This document shows, piece after piece, positions 43,401 through 55,276 of a stretch of 64,000 nucleotides of DNA. The translations under genes and the position numbers were made by a program. The notes below the pieces were generated by a model. The model had not been told where the DNA came from, made no database searches, and worked only from the letters and a program-made list of their open reading frames with translations. Position 1 is the first letter of the stretch. Every line of letters begins with the position of its first letter. Source of the stretch: Haplodiscus bocki (taxonomy: Eukaryota); assembly GCA_965655095.1 (NCBI GenBank), contig OZ296659.1, positions 70,928,001 to 70,992,000 on the forward strand. Reading direction: 5' to 3'.

Positions 43401-45018
43401 CAAACTTTGATCAAAAAACGTTGGACGGTGAAGTTGCTAACGTTCATACTTTGGTTGATATTGGAATAGAGTGAATACAAAACCAAACTTTTATGCGGTT
43501 AAACGAGTACCGTCCATCTTTTACACTCGCTACCAAGTATGACATTATAAATAGTGTATTTCCAAGCAAAACATGCCTAGCTTTTTAACAGAAAAGCTTG
43601 TGTTGAATAATTTCTTAACAAAACCTTTAACCACTCAATGGCCATCCACTAAATTCTTGCTCGCGAGTTCACGATTTACTTTGTTCACGAAGGCCGGCAA
43701 GGCAACTTCGAGACTTAAGTTTGTTTGATCAGTAACGCCCGTACATCATGAAACTGACAAGTTGTTTTCAACATGAATTCTGAAACATAATCGACCACCC
43801 CGCGCGATCTTTAACTTGCAACAATTTCGGTAATTAGGAACTAACACCACAACGTTTCATAACGTGTTGGAGACAATTTTCAACGCACAGACCGTTAGTT
43901 ATGCCAGAAACAAATGAAAAAATCAGAGCAGTACAAATTAGAGTTTTTTGATCTAAAGTTTCACATATAGTTTTAAAGATTTAATAAAGCGTTTTGAAGA
44001 AACCCTTGCTGGAGTTGATGAGAATCTACTCGCGGAAGATAATCATAATAAGTTGAAACCATTCACAATATATTCAGCCCGTTCTTTGAGGAAATCAACT
44101 CATTCCAATCACGTCAAACTTCTAAAAACTCTCAAGAGCTCTCAGAGAAGTTTTTCTTTCTGAATTTAGTAAACCGTAATCAAGTGATTGATGGAGAAAG
44201 AAAAACAAATGAAATTTTTTACGTAGTAGAAAAATGGGAAGTCATTCAAAAGTAGAACAGGGAATCAGGTATATTACTAGCAGTTTTTCACTTGCAATCA
44301 GAGGCTGTTTTCTGGTTGACAGTTTTTAGAATTTCGTCGAAATCACAGATCAACTACAAAAATCAATTAGTTCTTATCACACAAATAATGCACTTTGCAC
44401 TGTGGCTTAAAAATACCAAGTATGGAGCTACAAACGTTTCAAGAAGAAACAAAAGTATCCCAAAAGTAATGATTGAAGAAAAAAATGATACTTGAGGTAA
44501 ATCGAGTGTAGAGTAAAAAAACTAATTCAAAAGAAAACAAAAAATAAATCTACAAATACGCTTTTTATTGCATCGAAAATGCTAAAGACACTACCCCATG
44601 ACGAGCTGCAAGAAATGCAGACAACTGTACAAGATGTTTTGGATATCAGAAGACGCTAATATAGGTGGTTTCATAAAACTTAGCTTGATAAACCACTAAA
44701 ACTTGAAAGAGTAAACGGAAGCTTTCCCATTAGCTCCGCAAAACTAAATGGCCGATGAAGATAACTTCCAAAAAAGTATGGAAAAAACAAAGCAGAGTCG
44801 TAAGTATGCCAACAAAAATTTTGTCCCGTTGGACTGAAAAGAGGAGTAGTCTGTACATCAAAAAAATAACACTTCTATAGTTAAATGAAAAAGAAAATAC
44901 CTGAAAGTCATTCATTAATCCCGATTGAGCTAATTTTAGAGCTAAAGGAACAAGTTAAAAAGGCTCCACAGAAAGACAAAAAAATTGATTTTGAGAAACA
45001 TAGGCTCACAATACATAC

Positions 45019-45380
45019 NNNNNNNNNNNNNNNNNNNNNNNNNNNNNNNNNNNNNNNNNNNNNNNNNNNNNNNNNNNNNNNNNNNNNNNNNNNNNNNNNN
45101 NNNNNNNNNNNNNNNNNNNNNNNNNNNNNNNNNNNNNNNNNNNNNNNNNNNNNNNNNNNNNNNNNNNNNNNNNNNNNNNNNNNNNNNNNNNNNNNNNNNN
45201 NNNNNNNNNNNNNNNNNNNNNNNNNNNNNNNNNNNNNNNNNNNNNNNNNNNNNNNNNNNNNNNNNNNNNNNNNNNNNNNNNNNNNNNNNNNNNNNNNNNN
45301 NNNNNNNNNNNNNNNNNNNNNNNNNNNNNNNNNNNNNNNNNNNNNNNNNNNNNNNNNNNNNNNNNNNNNNNNNNNNNNNN
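45019..45380. other. Assembly gap or masked block (362 N)
   Basis: Run of N, with CATAC immediately on both sides. Confidence 0.99.
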
Positions 45381-46677
45381 CATACTTTTCATACTATGCA
45401 CCATAAAGTGCCATACAAGAAACAGTGCTAGAACTCAATGGTACTATCGCGGTACGCATAACGCTTAATCAGTATATAAATTAAGCGTCATTTATTCGAA
45501 GCTAATATTCTGCAGCGATGATTGATGGTGGTTGTGATAGTTGCAAAAAAAAGAAGCTGGTGGTGTAAAATAACAGTCGGAAATGCACAATCTATTTTTA
45601 CAAAGTCCTAACAAGAGCTACTTTCTTGCTGGCTCCTGTTGCTAACATGCTTGGTACAAGCCGATTTCCTATTGGTTGTTCGATATGGAGACATCCTGTT
45701 CTTTTCCAGTCGATATGCCAAACCATCTAGATCATACCTTTCCTTCCCGCTTAACGGACGCGACTCTTCACCCCTCTTTGGACTTGCTCTTTTCTTCTCC
45801 CTTTGACTTGGAAAAAACTATTCTTAGTTCCATTTCCCTTCTCTCTCTAAGTATTCAGAGGACAATGTATTCTAAGTCCAACTCATCTTCTCTCCTTCCC
45901 TCTAAGGATAAAATTATTGTATGTCCAATTTGTTTCTTTTCATTGCTCTTCCTGGACTAAAAATTCTCAGTCCAATTTCAATTCTGCAAAAATATTCCAA
46001 GTCCAAAAATTCTGACCTAGGAAAAATTCCCTGATTTTGCTTACCTAATACATACCCATGCCATTGGAGTCTGAACCGTTTTCAATAACGCCAGCTTCGG
46101 TATTAGCGTGTGCGGGTTCCGTGGACGAACTTCAGTCCTGAAGCAAGAGTGAATCTTAAACTGCACAACCCTCACCAGGTTTCTTGAAAGAGACTTAATT
46201 GGCCGTAGATAGACCAACTCTCACCTCGTCTGCTCCCGTGGTAATTTAAAACACTTTCTAAATTCCTAGATACGGACTAATTACACACACAGAAACTGTT
46301 CCTTCTCAAAAACATTCTACGACAATTTCATTTTTTGTCTAATTACACTTTTCTCTTGCAAGTCAGATTTATAAGAAGAGAGTTCCAGAATATCTCGCAG
46401 ATCACCCAATTCTATCAATGGTATCCGTTAGCCACAACTTTTGTTACTCCAGAAAGGGTACATCTCTTTGGTCAATTCTAACACTTTTTGCATAAGTCCA
46501 GACGTGAATTGTCGCTGGTTTCCCAACGAAAATTCCTACTCAATTGAAAGTCACAAATTTTGGTGCTTATTAATAAACTCCTTGTGAATCCACGAGGTGC
46601 CTTAAATTGTCGGCCCGACCTCAAAATTTTTCTTCCATAAAGTCCGCTGGACCTCAGTCTCGTTTGGAGAAAAAGGG

Positions 46678-46997
46678 CACGGAAAGTAGGAAAGATAAAG
46701 GCTCAAGAATAAAATTGTAACTCAATTGTTGACGAAAATTTGTGAAACCAGCTTGCTAATATCTTACAATTTCCCCTTTTTTGCCGACAGTCAATTTGAC
46801 TAAGTGCATTTGCAATTCAAATCACTCGACCGCTTTTAATTTCTATTCGTAAACTGAATAATAGAAAATTTCATTTTCTAATCTACTTTCATCGCCCAAA
46901 AAGTCCTTGCTACTGAAGTTATGTAACATTTGTTCGCGAAGCCAGAAAAACACCGAAAGTAGGAAAGATGAAGGCTCTAGAAAAAATTAGAACTAAA
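46678..46997 (+). repeat. Pair of ~48-bp degenerate direct repeats ~273 bp apart
   Basis: cacggaaagtaggaaagataaaggctcaagaataaaatt (46678) versus caccgaaagtaggaaagatgaaggctctagaaaaaatt (46951). Confidence 0.65.
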
Positions 46998-49679
46998 AAT
47001 CAGATCTTCTCCTACCCCGCAATCGCCTCTGCGACCGTACTTTCTATGGTCACCCAATGATTCTCGTACGCTGCTCGAAATTTTTTTTGCCAAACAACTT
47101 TCAATTTCGTTTCTGTTCAATTGACAGAAATTCAAAGGTCTTGGAAAGTTCAAGACCTGTCAATGGGTATGCCCTTCCGAAAATTTCAAAGTTTAACTTT
47201 CCGCATTTTTTCTAGGGAAGAAAGACATAGCTTTTTCCTAGTTTGTCCAACACCGTAGACTATACATTTCGGGAATGGGTTGTCACAAGTTATTTTTTTT
47301 ACTTCTAGGCAACCATAAATGAACGTAGATGACATTTATTATGTTCCCAAGTCATATTACTAACAGAAGTTTTGAACACCCTTCGTGTTAAACGACCTAA
47401 AGTTAAGGGTTTACACAAGGAGGCGACTAAGAAGATGCTTGATGCACTGGACAGGTTTGAATGCTCCTTCTGAAACAAGTTATTCTGTCAGTGAGGTTTT
47501 TTCATATGTTTAGTCTGGTATAGCTCACATTTATGCTTCATCAGTGATTCTGATCTCTTCAGTGAAGGGAGGGTTGAAAAATCAGGGTGTCTGAAAAACA
47601 CTTCACATAAAAGTTTGAACTCTGTTTCTATATGTTAAAGAATAGTGACAAGAGATGAGATGTAAAAGTAAATGAAAACTTGTTTGATTTTTTTTAGCAA
47701 TTCTCTCCCTCCATCGAACAGGTAGGAAGACTGCCGGAAATTATAAATCCGGTAAAATGCCTGAAGAAGGAAGCGACACTGACTAATATGAGAACCAGAG
47801 GCTTTTTCTTTCATTGGACGGTTTAGTTTTTTGATTATTTATGCGTTATAACCCAGTAGAGTCAATCTAATAGTTTCGTATGAAACTTGTACACATAGCA
47901 ATCGGGAACATGTATTTAAAGAAGCTGCAGACTCTTTTGAAAAACTGTCAGGTATTGCGATTAGTTGATTTTATCGTTTTTCATTGCACAACCGGACTGG
48001 ACCCTTTTTCACGACTTCCGGTGTTTAGGAACTACTGATATAATTCTGAGAACGCCACATTTTAAAGTTTTTCTGCTGCAACTCTGTCAAAGTTGTATTA
48101 TATTTTACGAATTTTCGTCTTACCGGAGAAACCAATCTGTCCTCCGCAACCTCATTGTGAATGAAAGAAACTGGTAAAAGCAACCAGATTGGAACAATGG
48201 AGTTTTCAAACTTTTTTCACTGTGTTATTTTTTCACAAAGAACTCTTTCGTTTACAATTTCCCAAACAGAAATGAAAATTCGTTTCAATCATCAAACATG
48301 GCTAAAAGAAAGGAAGGCATTCAAGGAAAAGTTTTGAATTTACTTATGTTTTCCGAAAAATTTTGCTGTTCCTCGACAATTTCCACTAACAAGCAGTATA
48401 CTCCCAAATTTCTGACGAATTCCGCAGAGAATGGTTTCGGTGTACCCGAAGACTCATTTTTTTTTCATTTAAGTGAGATTAGACAATTTCTTCGTTCCTA
48501 TTTAGAACAAAAAGCCGTGGCTGAAATCTACAATGAGAATATTGTAATCAAAAGACTTTAATGTCAGTTCTTTCCTTGAAAAATTGATCCTGGCAATTGT
48601 ATCCTGGTTTTTGCATGTCTTAAAAAACACAACAACCTCGATTTGATTGTGCTTGATCATGCCGATTCGTAATGCTTTTAGTTCAAAAAAGATAGAAAAT
48701 GCCAAGTGTCTAAGGATTTTTTGACTTTCATTTTTTTCTTCCATATCTCTGGACTGCATTTCGTCCAAGGAGTTCTCAATTGAGAGCTTTTTGCTTGTAG
48801 AAATGTTCTTTATATTTGTGCTTTCAGTTGTGTTTATTGATACAAAGACCTGTGATGTCCAAATTCTGAAAAAGGGCTTTTTTTGATTTTGTCGATATTT
48901 TCGTTCATTTTTCACTAAATTTACTCCGAAGAATTTTAGTATCATACCCTCTGTCTACTATTTGATACTTTTTTTTAAAAATACCCATTTTTTTCGTTAT
49001 GTCAGAAACTTGATGTGACAGAAAATCTGGAGAATCAAAGTCAATTTAATGGAAAGTACAGGTTCGATTTTCTATAATAAAGTCAGACTTACAGCCTTCC
49101 TTTTATCTGTGAAAAGTTAACTGTGAAGAACTAATGGGGTCTTTGCACCTGAAGCCTCATAGGAGAAAAGAGACAGACGTGCAATTACTTAGGAGGTTTC
49201 GCGGTGTTCGAAATTGAATTTTTCGAATTGAAACTACCTAGTTGGTTTCTTCCATCCAAGGTCCCAATTGTCAAGTTACTACTTCATAATATTTTTTTTG
49301 ATAATTATCTCTTCTGTTTTGCTTTTTGTATCGAATTATGCCGTTAGTCTTTTTGAGATTTCCCCACTGCTTCTTCTCAAAAAACCATTGGCTTGATTTT
49401 TTAAAAAAAGGTCTCAAAGGACACCTTTGAACTATGAAGTATAAAAAATGTTTTTGAATGTTTCTTGCATCGACTTCTAAAAGTTACAAAACTCGCAAGA
49501 AATGCAATCAATGTTTCGACAATATACGGAAATTCGCTGTTACATTGTCAATGGGATATAATCAATCACGGTCGATTGATTCTTTCATTTAGTTTCCGAG
49601 TAATTTTGTTTATAAAGTTTTCAAAGTTTTTGTTTTGCGCCATATTGAAAATTTGGAAAGCAAAATCTTCCTCTCGAAG

Positions 49680-50602
49680 AGGTGCGTTTTTTTAACCGAT
49701 GTTTGCCAATTGACCTCGCGCTAAAAACGATGTTGGCTCGCGTTGTGAAAATTTTTTTGCTAAGATTGCCAAAATGGCCTATATGGCTTAAAATAAAAAA
49801 GCAAAAAATCTGAAAAAACCAAGAAAGCCAGAAAAAAAACAAAAAAAAAGAAAAAGCCAAAAAACAGCCACAACTGCCAAAATTGCTAAAAATGCCAAAA
49901 AGCCAAAGAAGCCAAGAAAGACAAAAAAGCCAAAAAAAAGTCGAAAAAGCCAGAAAACCCAAAAAAGCCACAACTGCCAAAAATGCTAAAAATGCCAAAA
50001 AACAAAAGAACCAAAAAAGCCAAAAAGCCAAAAAAAGCCAAGAAAGACAGAAAAGCCAAAAAAAAATCAAAAAAGCCATAAAAACCAAAATTGCCAAAAA
50101 TGCCGCAAAAGTCGAAAATTCCAGTAAAACCAAGAAAGCCGAAAAAACCAAAATTGCCAAAAAAGCCAAAATTGCCGAAAATCCAAAAAAGCCAAGAAAG
50201 TCAAAAATGCCAAGATTGCCAAGATTGCAGAAATTGCCGAGATTGCCAAGATTGCCGAGACTGAAATAGTGAGATTTTTCAAAATGTTCAAAAATTGAGT
50301 CTTTTTTGGAAAAATAGATGGGCTTTTCGAAAAAAGCTTGAATTTTATTCAATGTCTTTAAAAATGGCAACTTTGCTAAAGAATGCGTATCATATGGTTT
50401 TATTTCTCAAAAATGTCTTCCGCCCTATTTATGAGGTTTTTGTCGCAAAAAAAATCAAGAAACTTTGAACGTTGGAAAAATTATAAACTATGATGAAGAA
50501 AGAGGGTTTTTTTGAGAAAAAAAAACGTTTTCATCTTTTTAAAAGCCTTCTTTACCACAATGGGAAGGCGCAAAATATGCCGGTGGTAGCCGGCCGTCTT
50601 GT
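49680..50602 (+). mobile_element. Probable non-autonomous Helitron-like element containing the minisatellite
   Basis: The 3' end has a GC hairpin GCCGG-TGGTAG-CCGGC (50579-50594) followed by CGTCTTG|T. A second degenerate copy of the same end lies at 52392-52422. The 5' boundary is not resolved. Confidence 0.45.
49760..50262. repeat. Degenerate ~9-bp minisatellite (AAAAGCCAA / AGATTGCCA)
   Basis: Dozens of GCCAAAA/GCCAAGA cores. It produces the spurious K/A-rich and F/L-rich ORFs at 49621-50370. Confidence 0.9.
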
Positions 50603-52391
50603 TATTTTGCATCTGGTTGTTGATAATGCGGAAAAGCCAAATTGTGCTTGTGGAATTGATTTTTTTTCATATTCAGATCAATTTTCTTGTGCAAAAACCC
50701 ATTTTGATTCTTTTTATACCATCTTTACTGACAACTGCTTGTCGAAGATTAAAAGATGATTAAAAAATTGGTTGTATTGCTCGCATTTCAAATTTCCTAC
50801 TCGGAAGCTGCCAAAGACTGTATTTGTTTTGTTTATTTTTGCCTTTGAGAACAGCGTTCAAGCCGAAGTACAGGGTCTGTTTGATAAAATTCTCAGAAGT
50901 GTATTCCATCGATTATTTTTTCTGCGTCGTTGTTGAAGGAAATTATCGCAGTGCAGTTTCTCTAATTAAGAGTGCTGAAAGTACGGTCTTCAGAAAGTGT
51001 CAATAAGCTGGAAAAAAACTGAAGTAATTTTTTTGCCACTTTGTCATATTTATCAATTTCCAGCCCTGATTAACCCACTCTCGTTATCTATTCGGGTCAC
51101 CAACCAAGTTTTCTGAGCATTTCCAACGGAACTAGAACAAATTTGCTGAAACTTTTCCTAATGTAATCTGCATCTAATGTAAGAATAAGTTTTCGCATCT
51201 CTAATACAATTCTTTCCCATGGTCTTGGACTCTTTTCAAGGGAACAATTTAATGACAAACGTCATTGAAAAGTTTTCTTTGGAAAATTTTTAGGCCAAGA
51301 AAGTGAACACAAGCATTGTAAAAAATCGTTTCCAAAAACTTTTTCATACTGTGTCCGATGTTTGACGTCAAAAATGTTTCGCTTTGAACAGTTTTCAATG
51401 TTAGTCCGTGCTTGTACAACGAGCGAAATAGATATTTTTATTATACAACCATATTTTCATTTAATTTAGTTTATCTCTCAAACTGTAGACGTCTCTTACA
51501 ACAAGTACAAAGTTCATTTTACGGCAGATTTTCATCAATCTAACCAAGCTTGTTTCGTTCAAGGTCCGTCGAATGGCTCACAAGTGCTGAAGATTTCACA
51601 AGAACGAGACAGTATTTCTGGCAGTGAAGATTGGTTGCATTGTCCCTCGCATTCGAGCTCCTTTCCACAAATTCTGAGAAACTCTTTGACTTCATTGTCA
51701 CTAAAAGTCACAGCGATACTGGTAGTCAAAGAAGTGTGTTGAAAGTCACGTTGAGAATTCTTCCTGTTGATAAATGCTAGGTGATCCTAGAGAAACGATT
51801 TTATTGTTGATGCCCCTGAAAAACTTCTACAGAAAAACTTGTTTACCTGGTCTTTAAGAAAGTACTTTGATCTCAAAAGAGAAAACTGCTGACTAAGCCT
51901 AGACAACATCTAAATTGGTACTGTAAACCTCATTTAAGCAGTTTTTTCTTTTTGCCTATTTTTCAATATGGAAAGAAAATCATCCACTTATCTCGTGCGT
52001 TTTTCAACGTATTTCTGGTAATTGCACGATTCTGGCAAGATGAGAAATTTCCACAATTTCCAGTTTGAAAATTTCTATTCATCAAATTATTACAAATTTG
52101 AAGCAGAATGGGTTTGAAATAGTAAATTTCTCAAATGAATCGAAAAAATTTTTCTTGAAAAAAGGTAACTTGAAAAACATGATTTTTTAAAAAATCGGGG
52201 AAAATTGGAAAATTTGCTGTATAATGGGCTTGCGTAAATTTAGTAATATTTCTTAAGACTCGTTTTTGACCAAAGAAATTTGGGGATTTTTTTGCAAAAA
52301 ATCAGCTAATTTATTGAAGAATATAAAGAATCTACAGGAATATTTGTCCAGAAGACTTTCTTGTACACATCTCTAGGAGAGCTGAAAAGTT

Positions 52392-52422
52392 GGAAGGCAG
52401 AAAATACGCCGGTGGTAGCCGG
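52392..52422 (+). mobile_element. Second Helitron-like 3' hairpin end (degenerate)
   Basis: ggaaggcagaaaatacgccggtggtagccgg matches ggaaggcgcaaaatatgccggtggtagccgg at 50563-50593. Confidence 0.5.
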
Positions 52423-52456
52423 TTTTTTATTATATTCAATCAGTGTGGATATCCAA

Positions 52457-53232
52457 CCCGAGGTGACAGTAATAGTCAAACATGACGATCATGCTAGGAC
52501 ATGGTTGGATCAGGGTGATTCATACTCGGCATGGTGTGATCATGGCAAGATCATGGCATGGTCATCATGGAAAATAGCATGATCATGGCATGGCCGCCAT
52601 GGAACATAGCATGATCATGCCATAGTGACCATTTTCATTATTATAAAGTATTCCAGACGCTAATTATCTAACCAATTTTGTTGATTATTAACCAAGTGGT
52701 CGTCCGTTATATCTTAACGCGGAATATATTGAACGAAACCATCAGAAACTACCCGAAAGATGTTTAACTAAAATGAATCTCTTTCCCATAAATTTGAAAT
52801 TACCAGAAATATCGAAAAATTTTATTCATATGTTTGTTATATTGAAACTATTGCTAAATAAGAACTTGCTGTCTAGTTATTACAGATGGAACCTCGATTT
52901 CTGGAATAATCTTCGTTCAAGTTTGCTAATTCGGCAGTTTGGTTCCACAAAGGCCAGTAAAGTGTGCTATATGATAGTGTATGGTAGCCACTGTTTGAGA
53001 AAACATTGATAAACAATCCATGTCTTTTCGAAAAAGAAAATCATTGAAAACATGCTGATCATACCATGATTAAGTAAAGAATCATGGAAAAGATGGTAAT
53101 CATGCCATTAATCATGACGACCATGTCAAGAAACATGGCCGTCATCATGGCATGATCATGACCATACTTCACCGTGATCATGGTTTGATCATGGCAAGAC
53201 CATGGCATGGCTGCCATGTTTCCCAACCCGGG
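52457..53232. mobile_element. MITE-like element with CATG-rich subterminal arrays
   Basis: Dense CATGG/GATCATG repeats at ~52470-52625 and ~53050-53220 surround an AT-rich core. The right end is CCAACCCGGG and the left end is a degenerate CCCGAGGTG. Confidence 0.6.
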
Positions 53233-53403
53233 AATCTGACAGAAGAAGTTTTTCAAAATATTGAGGTTATTTTGAAACTAGCGGAGTGCTACTTTAGCCG
53301 TTTGAAGTATAGGGAACAAAACTCTCAGAAAAAAAATTCCATCTGTGATGAATATTAGACGTTGGTAACCCGGGCTGACCACCCATTGATGGAATAGAAC
53401 ATT

Positions 53404-54420
53404 AGTAGTGTATAAACGGGCATTTGACGCCAAAAGCCGCGGACGCACATAAAGCCGACCAGTATTTGACGCCACAACTATGGACTCAGGGTATTACAAG
53501 AGCAATTTGACAGCAAAGGTATGGACTCATAGACTTAGAAAATCAATTAGACACCAAAACACATGCCCTCGTAGAGGTATCCATACACAGGAAAGAAAAT
53601 TTAATTTTGTAAAAATTTTTTTGAGTAGTCTTATCAATGGGGTACACAGGTATGAAAATTTAATTTTGTAAAAAGTTTTTTGAATAGTCTTATCAATGGG
53701 TGTACACAGGAAATAAATTTTAACATACCTGTTTTTTCTCCACCGTATAAATGTAAGAAAACGTGTAAAAATAATTCCACATTTCACAAAAATTTCACAG
53801 ATTTCTTCACAGAATTCTTCACAGAATTGTCGTTTTTTGTGAAAATTTCACAGAATTATCGTTTTTTGTGAAGAAATTTACTGGCTGACGAATGATACAC
53901 ATTTTTTTCCGAGCACAGACCATAAAAATTGTACCTGCACGTCAGCGGATTATTTTTTGTCTAAAGCGAAGAACACGATTTCTGAGAAATACAAACACTA
54001 TGTCGCCATCCTTAAACATGTAGAGATTATAAAATTTTGAGGTACAAATACAAATGATACATCGTTAGAAAGCTCGTTAAAAGTTTAGTAAACGCTGAAA
54101 ATTTCAGCCTTGTATCTATTACCATCTTCGAGAAAATTGACAAAAACAGTATATGTCGACATCCTTAAACATGTAGATTACAAAATTTTAAGCTACATAT
54201 ACAAATGATATACCATTCGATAGGTCGTTAAAATATTAGTGCATGCTGAAAATTTCAACTTTGTATCTATTATAATCTTTGAGAAAATTGACAAAAACCG
54301 AAAATGTCGACATCCTTAAACATGTAGAGATTATAAGTGATATATTTTTGGATAGCTCATGAAAATATTAGTGTATGTTGAAAATTTCAGCTTTGTATCT
54401 GTTATCATTTTCGAGAAATT
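53404..54420. repeat. Polinton terminal region (putative TIR) with internal direct repeats
   Basis: AGTAGT at 53404; TTTGACGCCA x2 and ATGGACTCA x2; a ~59-bp unit x2.5 at ~53585-53720; TTCACAGA repeats at ~53790-53855; a ~152-bp unit x3 at ~54000-54420 (TGTCG(A/C)CATCCTTAAACATGTAGA). The partner TIR is outside the window, so TIR length is unknown. Confidence 0.7.
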
Positions 54421-54770
54421 AAAATTATACTTATCTATACAAGTATACAAAGTTTTATTCATACAAATATATGAATAATTAAAATATGTTAAATTATTCA
54501 TACAAGTATACTTATAATTATATCATTATTCATATTTAAATAAGTGTAATTTTACGATAATAACTATTCTTTATAAGTACTTGGTACAATTATATTTGTT
54601 TGTATACCAGAGATATACTTACAAGTATATGAGTACTTATACATATTTTAGTATTTGTATAAGATTTCATGTAAGTATACCTGGATTGTTATAAGAATAC
54701 CATTGGTGACATGCAAAATGAAAAGTATTTCTACAATCATTGCAATGAGTTTGAATAGAATCACGATTTT

Positions 54771-55136
54771 TTACATATTTCTGAAACCTATAATTTCTCC
54801 AGTATCACTATCTTCTGATAATTCATAATAATCAATGGATTCAGATTCTGTATCACTTTCATTTTCATATTGTGATAAACCATCATAGAGTTTCTTAATT
54901 TCTTGTAAGACACCTGGTTTTTTTAAATTAATCATATCAGTTATTTTAACAGTTAGATCAATCAGGTCACGTATATCATCTTCACAATAATTCAAATTAA
55001 ATTTTTCGATTCTATCATACATTTTAAATCTTAGCACTTCTGATACAAAATATAATTTATTATTGTGTTCGAAATCAAACATGTTATTTTCATCAAAACT
55101 ATCTAAATACAGCAAAACATCTTTAATATCCTTCAT
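54771..55136 (-). CDS. Polinton hypothetical protein, 121 aa, acidic C-terminus
   Basis: Clean ORF inside the element with the TAAATG start context shared by other element genes. No recognisable motif. Confidence 0.65.
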   Translation of the reverse strand: MKDIKDVLLYLDSFDENNMFDFEHNNKLYFVSEVLRFKMYDRIEKFNLNYCEDDIRDLIDLTVKITDMINLKKPGVLQEIKKLYDGLSQYENESDTESESIDYYELSEDSDTGEIIGFRNM

Positions 55137-55276
55137 TTAAATTGTTCTAATTGATTTCAAATATTCAAAGATCATAGTTATCAAATTCATATTCTTTAAC
55201 AATAATATTTTTCGTTTAATAATTTTAGTTGTTTAAAACTGAAATGGAAACTACTCTATAATCATAATCATAACTT

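Larger units (their letters stand above)
4788..44321 (+). repeat. Macrosatellite: 30 full head-to-tail ~1.3-kb units plus a partial 31st
   Basis: The anchor TCAGTAA recurs at 4788, 6098, 7400, 8694, 9987, 11288, 12561, 13861, 15153, 16446, 17747, 19020, 20321, 21620, 22914, 24216, 25517, 26817, 28112, 29423, 30730, 32026, 33329, 34625, 35922, 37221, 38520, 39822, 41124, 42427 and 43728 (mean period 1,298 bp). Similarity stops at ~44,321. Confidence 0.98.

Noticed and set aside
4788-44321. Array as a CRISPR-like or cassette (integron-like) system
   Set aside because: Units are homologous along their whole length, with no unique spacers or variable cargo and no nearby cas or recombinase gene. 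I saw no similarity between the unit and the Polinton.
4788-44321. Unit as a single ORF under an alternative genetic code (TGA=Trp)
   Set aside because: Several in-frame TGAs were noticed, but TAA/TAG stops and frameshifts are also frequent in every frame examined, and unit lengths are not consistently multiples of 3.
4788-44321. Array as rDNA, 5S, tRNA, snRNA or histone repeat
   Set aside because: No recognisable conserved RNA-gene sequence, A/B boxes or histone ORF in the unit.
44885-45431. ORFs spanning the N run
   Set aside because: Artefacts of translating Ns.
44340-49000. Possible decayed retroelement ORFs flanking the gap, and ORFs 45676, 47965, 48298 and 48502
   Set aside because: No RT, RNase H, integrase or other motifs recognisable; too degraded to support a call.
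49621-50370. Histone-H1-like K/A-rich ORF (49883-50269) and hydrophobic 249-aa antisense ORF
   Set aside because: Both are readings of a 9-bp A-rich minisatellite that lacks stops; there is no globular domain.
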